Below, piece by piece: positions 16,562-24,271 of a stretch of 24,271 nt of DNA. Below the pieces are notes generated by a model. That model saw only the letters and a program-made list of their open reading frames with translations, was not told where the DNA came from and did not search any database. The position numbers and the translations under genes are program-made. Positions within the stretch are counted from its first letter, which is position 1. The number at the start of each line of letters is the position of its first letter. Source of the DNA: Blastocatellia bacterium (lineage in GTDB: Bacteria > Acidobacteriota > Blastocatellia > UBA7656); NCBI GenBank assembly GCA_035277165.1, contig DATEKX010000069.1, positions 1 to 24,271 of the forward strand, in the 5' to 3' direction.

Positions 16562-17565
16562 ATGGCCCGTAGAAAAAGTTGCCAACACGGTAGCGTTCAG
16601 GAGCACAACGGTCAATGGACTGTTGTATATCGTGAGTTTGATCATGCCAAACGCAAATGGGTGCAAAAGCGTGAAGGTCTAGGCAAGCTCAAAAACAAGA
16701 AAGCCGCACTCAAAGCAGCCGAGCCTATTCTGGCTAGGGTGAATGAGCGCAACAACGACACAGGATGGCACTGCATCAATGCGCCTCTGACTTTCAAGGA
16801 ATTCATTGATAAACGATGGCGAGCTTACGCAGCCAGCGCAAAACACAAACGCTCGACAATGGATACCTATGACACCTTGCTTAAGAATCAACTTATCCCG
16901 GTCTTTGGTGAAAAAACAATGACCGAGATAACGTCTTCCGACATCAGCGACTTTCTCGATGCCAAGCGCGGCGCTCTAGCTAATAATACGATCCATGTGC
17001 TTTACGGGATGTTGCGATTGATATTCGAGATTGCGCGCCAATATGACCTGATTGAGCAAAGCTCAGTTAGGTCGCTAGTCCACAAGCCCGAATCTGAAAA
17101 GACGGAAAAGGCAACGCTCACGCCGCCGCAGATTCGTGCCCTACTGACGGCATTGTGTGAACAGGAGCGGCTTTATCTGCTTCTATTGGCTGTAACTGGA
17201 ATGCGAATGAATGAAGGCTTGGCTTTGCGCTGGATGGATATGGTGAATCGTTGAGCGTAACTACGCTTCGCAGGCATTTACAGAAGGCAATGGATGCAAC
17301 AGGCATCAAGCGCGTCGAACGACAATATGGGTTTCATATATTCCGCCACTCTGCCGGGACGCTTCTATACGGCAAGTTGCGTGATTTGAAACTCGTTCAG
17401 GCAGTGCTCAGGCACTCGGACATTTCAACCACCGCAGACATCTACGTCCATACAGATGAACAGATAGTGACTGAAGGTTCGGCGGTGCTGACAGAAACGA
17501 TTTTGGGTGATTTTCTGTTAAACTGTGACCCAGTTGTTACCCAAGAATCGGAAATGGTCAGTTAA
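16562..17565 (+). pseudogene. Tyrosine integrase split in two frames with internal deletion
   Basis: The N-part (16562-17254; RBS AAGGAG) has arm-binding and SAM-like domains and TGMRxxE. The C-part (about 17242-17565) has HIFRH, LRHS and the Tyr in TTADIY. Only about 43 residues separate the catalytic Arg from HxxR. Confidence 0.85.
17524..17543 (+). repeat. Integrase arm-type binding sites (right end)
   Basis: TGTGACCCA (17524) and TGTTACCCA (17535) in tandem at 11-bp spacing, within the 3' end of int. Confidence 0.7.
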
Positions 17566-17601
17566 GTGTAATGAGTAAAGGGTTGAAAGCTCTTCGGAGC
17601 C

Positions 17602-17618
17602 TATGGACATAATAAAAA
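17602..17618 (+). other. attR core site overlapping the start codon of the downstream gene
   Basis: TAT-GGACATA-ATAAAAA; the ATG at 17603 lies inside the duplicated core. Confidence 0.8.
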
Positions 17619-18184
17619 CCAATTGCCCAAAATGCGCGAGTCCTCTTGAATTTCCCAAAGACTTTGATAGCGTCATTTGCGCAAAGTGCGGAGCTGCCTT
17701 TCAGGTTCGCGCATATAAAGATGCCATCAACCTCTCTTTGAAAGATCAGACGACCTCACATGAAATGAACGAAGCCGAAGCGTTAGCGGTCGTCGATGCG
17801 AGATTAGCCGAACTCGACGAATTAATCTCAGAAGCTGGCGCCGAGGTCGAAGCTCTGAAAAGCAGGGAACTGAGCGCGCCGCTTCAGACTGGATGTTCCT
17901 TCTTCGGACTTTTCATGCTGGTTATAATCGTCATCGCCGCTTTCATGCCTTTTGGCAGAAAATACTTCGGCAACTGGCTGTTTTATCTGGCGATTGCTCT
18001 AGTAATACTGCTTGGCCTACAAAGAATACGTCGCAAACAGATAAATCCCGCTCAGATCGAACAATTCCGCGCAGAACGTTTGAATGTTGAAGCAGACCTG
18101 GCTCAACTGGAAACCGAACGCGAATATGTGCGCAGTCTTAAAGCCAAAATCACTTCATTTGACCTTGAAGAATCCGACCACTAA
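17603..18184 (+). CDS. Hypothetical membrane protein with N-terminal Zn ribbon and coiled coils
   Basis: CPKC-x14-CAKC; heptad-rich segments flanking two TM helices. Confidence 0.8.
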   Translation: MDIIKTNCPKCASPLEFPKDFDSVICAKCGAAFQVRAYKDAINLSLKDQTTSHEMNEAEALAVVDARLAELDELISEAGAEVEALKSRELSAPLQTGCSFFGLFMLVIIVIAAFMPFGRKYFGNWLFYLAIALVILLGLQRIRRKQINPAQIEQFRAERLNVEADLAQLETEREYVRSLKAKITSFDLEESDH

Positions 18185-18222
18185 ACCTTTATATTATGGC
18201 GTTTAACAGTGAAACTTAATGC

Positions 18223-18251
18223 TTGACGCTACAGGGTGCGCGCAGTATAAT
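18223..18251 (+). promoter_or_regulatory. Sigma70 promoter of the MarR gene
   Basis: TTGACG-17 nt-TATAAT. Confidence 0.85.
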
Positions 18252-18253
18252 AC

Positions 18254-18284
18254 TTAATATAGATTAATTATTAATCTATATTAA
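18254..18284. promoter_or_regulatory. Palindromic operator (probable MarR autorepression site)
   Basis: Perfect inverted repeat TTAATATAGATTAAT-T-ATTAATCTATATTAA between the -10 and the RBS (GGAGG). Confidence 0.8.
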
Positions 18285-18294
18285 CGGAGGCTGA

Positions 18295-18924
18295 ATGCGA
18301 AAATCCGCTACTGTAGAGGCCGAGGCAGTGCTGGATCGGTTTGTGGAGATGATGTTCAGGCTTATGATGGAGCATCATCAAAGTCATGTTCTGGAATCAG
18401 ATCTGACGATGCCGCAAGCTCAAGCTTTGAGAGTGCTGCGTCGTGGGCCGCTTTGCACGAGTGAACTTGCGGCTGAGTTGCGGATTTCTGCCCCGGCGGT
18501 GACGCAATTGACTAACCGGCTTACCCGCAAACATTTGATTGAGCGACGAACTGCTGATAAAGACCGTCGTTCTGTCCTGGTGGCGCTAACCGACAAGGGC
18601 AGGCAGGCAGTTGATGGATTCCGCGAGCGTCGCAATACTGTATTTTGGGGCGTGCTTGCGCATTTGGATGATGATGATTGCGCACATATCGTGTTGGCAT
18701 TGTCAAAAATGGTCTCAGTTCTCGAAAAATTTGACGCAGCGCCCGTTCGTATGAAAGTTGCATCTGTTTATGTGGAAGAGGTCGTACATGAAAAGTATGA
18801 GACTCCCGCGATTCTTGAGCATAACGACCCGCAGACAGCAGTTGAGACGCTTGTGGCATCCAATAACGATAGACGGACAAAAATAGGTCCGCCCGGTCGA
18901 AGGATGAAAATGGAATGGGATTGA
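18295..18924 (+). CDS. MarR-family transcriptional regulator with C-terminal extension
   Basis: LTMPQAQAL...SELAAEL.IS.PAVTQL..RL..K.LIER...DKDRRSVLVALTDKG winged helix. Confidence 0.92.
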   Translation: MRKSATVEAEAVLDRFVEMMFRLMMEHHQSHVLESDLTMPQAQALRVLRRGPLCTSELAAELRISAPAVTQLTNRLTRKHLIERRTADKDRRSVLVALTDKGRQAVDGFRERRNTVFWGVLAHLDDDDCAHIVLALSKMVSVLEKFDAAPVRMKVASVYVEEVVHEKYETPAILEHNDPQTAVETLVASNNDRRTKIGPPGRRMKMEWD

Positions 18925-18958
18925 AGATTAAATGAGGTAGAGATTTCAGGAGGGAAAA

Positions 18959-19504
18959 ATGATAACGATAAAAAGAAAATTAATCACGCTCGTAGCAGCG
19001 CTGGCGATTGTGGCATCAACCGCATTTGTCGCTTCCGCTCAGCAAAAAAATGACGATGTGCGGACAGCGAATAAGATTCGCAAGGAGCTTGTCACATTAC
19101 CCTATTATGGTGTGTTCGACAATCTTGCTTATAAACTGGACGGCGACACTGTGACGCTGTACGGTCAGGTCGTTGACGCCATTACGCGTAAGGATGCTGA
19201 AAGGCGTGTGAAGAAGATAGAGGGCATCGAGCAAGTGGTAAACAACATTCAGGTGTTGCCCACATCCGGGTTTGACAACACGATTCGCGTTCGCACGTAT
19301 AGAACGTTAGTCCGCACGGGCAGCCTCTATCGTTACTTTCAGGGCGCGAATCCTTCGATACACATTGTCGTCAATCGCGGGCACGTGGCGCTTGAAGGCG
19401 TAGTTTCAAACAGGATGGATAGCCAGCTCGCATACACAGCAGCGAGAGGCATTTCCGGCGTCTTCTCTGTCACCAACAACCTGCGTGTTGAAAGGGATAA
19501 CTAA
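18959..19504 (+). CDS. Secreted BON-domain (OsmY-like) protein
   Basis: Signal peptide; two BON repeats (GDTVTLYGQV...VVNNIQV; GHVALEGVV...VTNNLRV). Confidence 0.9.
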   Translation: MITIKRKLITLVAALAIVASTAFVASAQQKNDDVRTANKIRKELVTLPYYGVFDNLAYKLDGDTVTLYGQVVDAITRKDAERRVKKIEGIEQVVNNIQVLPTSGFDNTIRVRTYRTLVRTGSLYRYFQGANPSIHIVVNRGHVALEGVVSNRMDSQLAYTAARGISGVFSVTNNLRVERDN

Positions 19505-19510
19505 TCAAGC

Positions 19511-19547
19511 TCTGGCCGAGCGAGATAAATGAACTCGCCCGGCCAGA
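19511..19547 (+). other. GC-rich intergenic hairpin (no U-tract)
   Basis: TCTGGCCG/CGGCCAGA and GCGAG/CTCGC stems with a 9-nt loop. Confidence 0.5.
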
Positions 19548-19667
19548 CATGCGTTAAATCACCACGAGCTAGTCGGCAGCGAGCGGCAATAGAGCAACAA
19601 AGCAGTCTTTTGTCGTTCATAATTTCAGTGGTGGCTCGTAGGATGAGGATTTATGGAGGGTGAACAG

Positions 19668-21125
19668 ATGGGTGTGAGTCTAGACAAAATTAAACAAACG
19701 CGGAGAGGGATGCAGGCGCTGATTATCGCTCTGGCTATCGCTATTGCGGCGGGGCTGGGTTTTGAAATAGAAAAGCATGCCTCGGCTCAACAATCGCAGG
19801 CGCAGTTGCCCACGCCAGCCGATTTATCGCGCACTTTCATTAATGTGGCCAAACAGGTCAAGCCTGCTGTAGTCAATATTGATGTGGTCGAAAAGTCGAA
19901 GAGATCGGCAATGCGACTGCCTGAAGGTTTCCCGGATATACCCGGCCTTGGCGGCGGGCAACCCCGTCGCCAGCGCGGCACAGGGTCAGGCGTAATCATC
20001 AGTTCCGACGGCTACATTCTTACAAATAATCACGTCGCAGCCGATGCCGAGCAGATCAACGTAAAGCTTGCCGACGGGCGCGAATTCAAAGCGAAGCGTA
20101 TCGGCACGGACAAGGAGACGGATCTGGCCGTTATCAAGATCGAAGCACAAGGATTGGCTTTTGCGAAGCTCGGAAATTCCGACGCGCTGGAGCAGGGCGA
20201 GTGGGTGATCGCGCTCGGCAGCCCGTTCGGCCTTGAGCAGACGATGACTGCCGGGATCGTTTCGGCGATAGGCCGTGACCTGGGAGCCGGGGCAGGCCAG
20301 TTCACGCATTTCATACAGACCGACGCTTCGATCAATCCGGGCAATTCGGGCGGCCCCTTGATCAACATGCAAGGCGAAGTCATCGGCATTAACGCGCTGA
20401 TCTTTTCGCAATCCGGCACCAGTTCGGGAATCGGCTTTGCTATTCCGTCAAACCTTGCCAACAAAGTCTATGCGCAGCTTATCAAGAGCGGCAAAGTGAC
20501 GCGCGGGTATTTGGGAGTCTATCTCAGACCTGTAACCCCCACCCTTGCAAAGGCGATAGGTTACGAAGGGACTGACGGCGCGCAGGTTCAGGACATCACT
20601 AAAGAAGACAGCCCAGCGGCCCGTGCCGGTCTGCGCAGCGGCGACGTCATTGTTGAATTCGAAGGCAAGCCGATCAAGAATCCTTCGCAACTCACAGAAC
20701 TTGTTGCAGACACGCCCATAGGCAAACCTGCTCAACTCAAGTACGTGCGCGATGGCCGCACGCAGACGGCGACCGTCAATCTAGGCGAGCGCCCGGCCAC
20801 AGGTGAAGTTCAGGAGCAAAAGCAAGGCGAGGATGACGAGAATGGCAGCCCGCTCGGCATTTCAACTCAGACCGTGACGCCCGATATAGCTCGCGAGTTG
20901 AAATTGAGGATTACTTCGGGAGTGGTTGTTCAAAACATCCAAACTGATAGCCCTGCCGCAGAAGTTCTTCAGCGCGGTGACGTGATTCATCGCATCAATC
21001 GCATGCCGGTCACCAATCGTCAGGATTACGTCAGAGCGATGCAATCGCTCAAGGGCGATAAAGAGATCGCGCTTCAGATTGAACGCGGCGGCCAGCTTCA
21101 ATTCATAATCGTGACATTGGATTGA
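19668..21125 (+). CDS. HtrA-family (DegP/DegQ, Do) serine protease with two PDZ domains
   Basis: Triad TNNHV, DLAVIK and GNSGGP; IQTDASINP; two PDZ domains. GGAGG favours ATG 19668. Confidence 0.94.
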   Translation: MGVSLDKIKQTRRGMQALIIALAIAIAAGLGFEIEKHASAQQSQAQLPTPADLSRTFINVAKQVKPAVVNIDVVEKSKRSAMRLPEGFPDIPGLGGGQPRRQRGTGSGVIISSDGYILTNNHVAADAEQINVKLADGREFKAKRIGTDKETDLAVIKIEAQGLAFAKLGNSDALEQGEWVIALGSPFGLEQTMTAGIVSAIGRDLGAGAGQFTHFIQTDASINPGNSGGPLINMQGEVIGINALIFSQSGTSSGIGFAIPSNLANKVYAQLIKSGKVTRGYLGVYLRPVTPTLAKAIGYEGTDGAQVQDITKEDSPAARAGLRSGDVIVEFEGKPIKNPSQLTELVADTPIGKPAQLKYVRDGRTQTATVNLGERPATGEVQEQKQGEDDENGSPLGISTQTVTPDIARELKLRITSGVVVQNIQTDSPAAEVLQRGDVIHRINRMPVTNRQDYVRAMQSLKGDKEIALQIERGGQLQFIIVTLD

Positions 21126-21162
21126 TGAATCAATAGCCGGAACAATTTTCTGATGTGGCGTA

Positions 21163-21197
21163 CGGGGCGGTTAAATTTCAACCGCCCCGATTTTTTT
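21163..21197 (+). terminator. Rho-independent terminator
   Basis: CGGGGCGGTT-N7-AACCGCCCCG followed by A-TTTTTTT. Confidence 0.85.
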
Positions 21198-21268
21198 CGC
21201 TAGGGCCTTGGACTCGTCGCATTCGACCGGCTGTTGTAAGCTCTGTTCATCGCGTATAATCAAGCAGC

Positions 21269-22726
21269 ATGAAAAGCTCCAAATGTTTTTCCGCACTCGC
21301 GCTGATTGCAATCTTCGCATCAATGACTTTCAGCCTACCTGTTATCGCTCGCCAGCAAGCTAACGGTTCGGCCAACCTTTACTCGTCACAACTCGTGGCT
21401 GAACTTAAGCAATTGCAGCAGGCAGCGCTCGCAAGCGAATACGCCTACAAGCAGGTTGCGCATCTGTCGAACAACATAGGCCCGCGCTTGACCGGATCAC
21501 TGCAAGCTGAGCACGCGGTTAAGTACGTGGCTGACGAAATGCGGCGACTTGGATTAGACGTTCGACTCGAAAAAGTGACAGTGCCGCACTGGGTGCGCGG
21601 GGTCGAAACGGGCGAGCTTGTTCAATTCACAGGGCAGGCTAGTGGTACCACTCAAAAGATCGTTCTGACGGCGCTTGGCGGCAGCGTCGCCACCGAGCGC
21701 GAAGGGGTGACGGCTGATGTATTAGTCGTCGAGAATTTCGATCAGCTTCGCGCGATGGGGCGCGAGCGCGTGGCCGGAAAGATAGTCCTTTTCAACGCGC
21801 GATTCGACAAGGCGATGGCCGCACAAGGTTTTGCCATGGATGCATACGGGCAAGCGGTCGTATATCGCGGCGTGGGCGCAAGCGAGGCCGCGCGCCTCGG
21901 CGCAACGGCTGCTATTATTCGCTCTGTAGGCGGCGCAGATTTCCGTTTGCCGCACACGGGTTCTCTTCGCTATTTGGATGATGCGCCAAAGATTCCTGCC
22001 GCCGCCGTCGCGGCAGAAGACGCTGATTTGATCGCTTATCTTGCCGCTCAAGGCAATGTGCGAATGCGCCTGACGCTCACGCCGCAGACGCTTCCCGATA
22101 CCACAAGCTACAACGTCGTCGCGGACATCAAAGGAAGCGAGCATCCCGAACAGATCGTCATCGTATCAGGCCATCTTGATTCGTGGGATTTGGGAACAGG
22201 CGCGATTGATGACGGAGCGGGCGTGGCTGTGGCGATGCAGACGGCCAATTTGATAAAGCAACTCAAGCTGCGCCCCAAACGGACGGTTCGCGTTATCGCT
22301 TGGATGAATGAAGAGAATGGATTGAGAGGCGGAATCACTTACGCGCAAGATCACAAGGCGGAACTGGCAAATCATGTTGCGGCAATCGAGATCGATACTG
22401 GCGCGGGCCATCCCTTAGGGTTTTCCGCGCACGCAAGCAACAAAGCCATAGAGATGCTCACTCCGTTGTCGGCAATCCTGCAAACTTCAGGCGCGGGCAT
22501 CGTGCGACAGACTCAGAACCCAGAGGGAGCAGATGTTTCGCCGCTCGACGCGGCAGGCGTGCCGACGCTCGCGCCGATTCAGGATGCGCGCACTTACTTT
22601 TATTATCACCACACAGCCGCAGACACTTTAGACAAGATAGTCCCGCGCGAGCTTGCGGAAAACGCTGCGGTGATGGCTGTGCTGGCTTACGCGATTGCCA
22701 GTCTGCCGGAGCCGCTGCCGCGCTGA
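21269..22726 (+). CDS. Secreted M28 metallopeptidase (carboxypeptidase Q-like, PA insert)
   Basis: Signal peptide; GHLDSWDLGTGAIDDGAG, NEENGL and YHHTAADTLDKI zinc-binding motifs. Confidence 0.92.
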   Translation: MKSSKCFSALALIAIFASMTFSLPVIARQQANGSANLYSSQLVAELKQLQQAALASEYAYKQVAHLSNNIGPRLTGSLQAEHAVKYVADEMRRLGLDVRLEKVTVPHWVRGVETGELVQFTGQASGTTQKIVLTALGGSVATEREGVTADVLVVENFDQLRAMGRERVAGKIVLFNARFDKAMAAQGFAMDAYGQAVVYRGVGASEAARLGATAAIIRSVGGADFRLPHTGSLRYLDDAPKIPAAAVAAEDADLIAYLAAQGNVRMRLTLTPQTLPDTTSYNVVADIKGSEHPEQIVIVSGHLDSWDLGTGAIDDGAGVAVAMQTANLIKQLKLRPKRTVRVIAWMNEENGLRGGITYAQDHKAELANHVAAIEIDTGAGHPLGFSAHASNKAIEMLTPLSAILQTSGAGIVRQTQNPEGADVSPLDAAGVPTLAPIQDARTYFYYHHTAADTLDKIVPRELAENAAVMAVLAYAIASLPEPLPR

Positions 22727-22732
22727 ATAAGC

Positions 22733-22810
22733 AATTAAGAATTACGAATTAAGAATTAAAAATCGAGGATTGAAGAGTAATTCTTAATTCGTAATTTTTA
22801 ATTCTTAATT
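22733..22810. repeat. Inverted arrays of AATTAAG/AATTACG heptamers between convergent genes
   Basis: AATTAAG-AATTACG-AATTAAG-AATTAAA versus AATTCTT-AATTCGT-AATTTTT-AATTCTT-AATT; can fold into a long hairpin, likely a bidirectional terminator. Confidence 0.75.
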
Positions 22811-22813
22811 TCC

Positions 22814-24271
22814 TCATTCGTAGCGAAGCGCGATCATCGGATCAACTTTTGTAGCACGTCGCGCAGGGATGTAGCTTGCAAACATAGCCACTGCCACCAG
22901 CACAATCGAGATCACTGCAAACGTAGCCGGGTCGGTCGCACTCACCCCGAAAAGCAGGCTCTCCATCACGCGAGTCAATGCGAAAGCAGAAACAAGCCCT
23001 ATCGCTACTCCGACCGAAACAAGCTTCACGCCTTGCCCGACGACAAGCTTCAATACATCGCTGCGATTGGCTCCCAGAGCCATTCTTACGCCGATCTCGT
23101 GCGTGCGTTGTGTGACTGAATAGCTCATCACTCCGTAGATTCCTACTGCCGCAAGCGCGAGCGCCACACCCGCAAAGATCGCAAGCAACAGCATGTTGAA
23201 TCGCTCGCGCGCGACTGATTGAGCCAGTATCGCTTCCATAGTCGAGACGTTTGAAACCGGCTGATCTTTATCCACCGCCCAGACTTCGTTTCGCACTGCG
23301 GCGGCAAGTTGCAAAGGATCACCCGATGTGCGAACTACGAGATCACGCGGCGCGAAGTACGGCATTTGACTGTAAGTGAAATAGACTTGCGGCTTCGGAT
23401 CAATGTCCAACTCGAATTGCCTCACGTCTTTTACTACTCCTACGACCGACATCCATGCTTCATCCGAATCGTACCGGCCCATCTTTAACCGTTTGCCAAT
23501 CGGGTCTTCGTCGGGCCAGAACGTGCGCGCCGTAGACTCGCTGACGATAATGGAGGCGCGCGTGTCGGCCCTGTCCTGGCTGCTGAATTCGCGCCCCTTC
23601 GATAAAGCAATGCCCATCGTGCGAAAATAGCCGTCGCTTACTACGCGCGAGATTACTATCGGAATTTGATCAACGGGCGGCTCGGGGCGGCCTTCGATTG
23701 TGACGCCAGAGTTGTTGCCTTTGAAGGTCAACGGAAGATTGGTGATGACGCCAGCCGATTCGACACCCGGCAGAGATTCGATCCGCTGCAATATCTCGTT
23801 GTAAAACGCAGTGCGCTTGGCGCGGTTAGGATACTTCGAGCGAGGAAGGACTACATTCATCGTCAGAAGATTGGCGGAATTAAATCCCGGATCAACACTG
23901 CGCAATCTGAAGAAGCTGTTGATCATCAAACCTGCGCCGACCAGCAACAAAAGCGCGATTGCGACTTCGGCAACTACGAGCAGGCTTCTAACCGAGTTGC
24001 GGCCTGCGCTCGACGTACCTTTCCCGCCTTCCTTCAGCGCTTCATTCAAGTTTGGTCTTGACGCTTGCAGCGCAGGAACCAAACCGAAAATTACTCCCGT
24101 CAGCAAGGAGATCAGGAAAGTAAAACCGAGCACCGTCGCGTCAATGCTGATCGCTTTCGCCTGCGAAAGATTTGGAGGGATGAGCGTTGTCAGAAGCTTC
24201 AATCCAAACACGGCAAGCAGCAATCCTACAGCGCCGCCCAACGCCGCCAGCAAAACGCTTTCGGTAAGAAA
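22814..24271 (-). CDS. ABC transporter permease, MacB/FtsX-like (ADOP duplicated-permease type), 5'-partial
   Basis: Frame is open to the window edge (FLTESVLLAALGG); VDPGF, YSVTQRTHEIGVRMALGA and PARRATKVDPMIALRYE. Confidence 0.93.
   Translation of the reverse strand, partial: FLTESVLLAALGGAVGLLLAVFGLKLLTTLIPPNLSQAKAISIDATVLGFTFLISLLTGVIFGLVPALQASRPNLNEALKEGGKGTSSAGRNSVRSLLVVAEVAIALLLLVGAGLMINSFFRLRSVDPGFNSANLLTMNVVLPRSKYPNRAKRTAFYNEILQRIESLPGVESAGVITNLPLTFKGNNSGVTIEGRPEPPVDQIPIVISRVVSDGYFRTMGIALSKGREFSSQDRADTRASIIVSESTARTFWPDEDPIGKRLKMGRYDSDEAWMSVVGVVKDVRQFELDIDPKPQVYFTYSQMPYFAPRDLVVRTSGDPLQLAAAVRNEVWAVDKDQPVSNVSTMEAILAQSVARERFNMLLLAIFAGVALALAAVGIYGVMSYSVTQRTHEIGVRMALGANRSDVLKLVVGQGVKLVSVGVAIGLVSAFALTRVMESLLFGVSATDPATFAVISIVLVAVAMFASYIPARRATKVDPMIALRYE

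Larger units (their letters stand above)
12034..17611 (+). mobile_element. Integrated tyrosine-recombinase element (~5.6 kb genomic islet), probably immobilised
   Basis: Flanking direct repeat TATGGACATA (12034-12043, 17602-17611); xis and int at the right end; arm-type repeats at both ends; visibly AT-richer than the flanks. Confidence 0.88.

Noticed and set aside
17251-17254. Programmed frameshift or functional two-subunit integrase
   Set aside because: A frameshift cannot restore the 50 or more missing residues of the catalytic domain.
19787-20735. Several minus-strand ORFs within the HtrA gene
   Set aside because: Antisense shadows of a strongly supported gene.
22733-22810. CRISPR array
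   Set aside because: Units are 7 bp, tandem and without spacers; no cas genes in the window.

Overview
Bacterial chromosomal window; the gene set (ADOP/MacB-type ABC permease, KirBac, CPQ-like M28 peptidase, intergenic heptamer hairpins) suggests Acidobacteriota, which is inference only. Left part (1-11959): GT2 glycosyltransferase, msrQ/msrP, a beta-lactamase-fold serine hydrolase with TPR, a YCF48/BNR-repeat protein, an inward-rectifier K+ channel and an MFS transporter. It ends in a minus-strand run nth -> ATP-grasp ligase -> radical SAM protein -> Nfu-type Fe-S carrier. The radical SAM ORF appears to read through an in-frame UGA as selenocysteine (WFC-U-AEP tail, SECIS-like hairpin directly downstream). 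Middle part (12034-17611): an AT-richer ~5.6 kb tyrosine-integrase element inserted on the start codon of a host gene. It has a 10-bp direct repeat TATGGACATA, the rebuilt attB is TTTTTAT-GGACATA-ATAAAAA, and there are tandem arm-type repeats at both ends. It carries Xis, an internally deleted integrase, a signal-peptide-bearing caspase-family protease and a multi-TM protein. Right part (17603-24271): Zn-ribbon membrane protein, MarR regulator with a perfect 15-bp operator, BON protein, DegP/DegQ protease, M28 peptidase and a partial ABC permease. No rRNA, tRNA or CRISPR array was seen. All family assignments come from motif recognition; no database searches were run.
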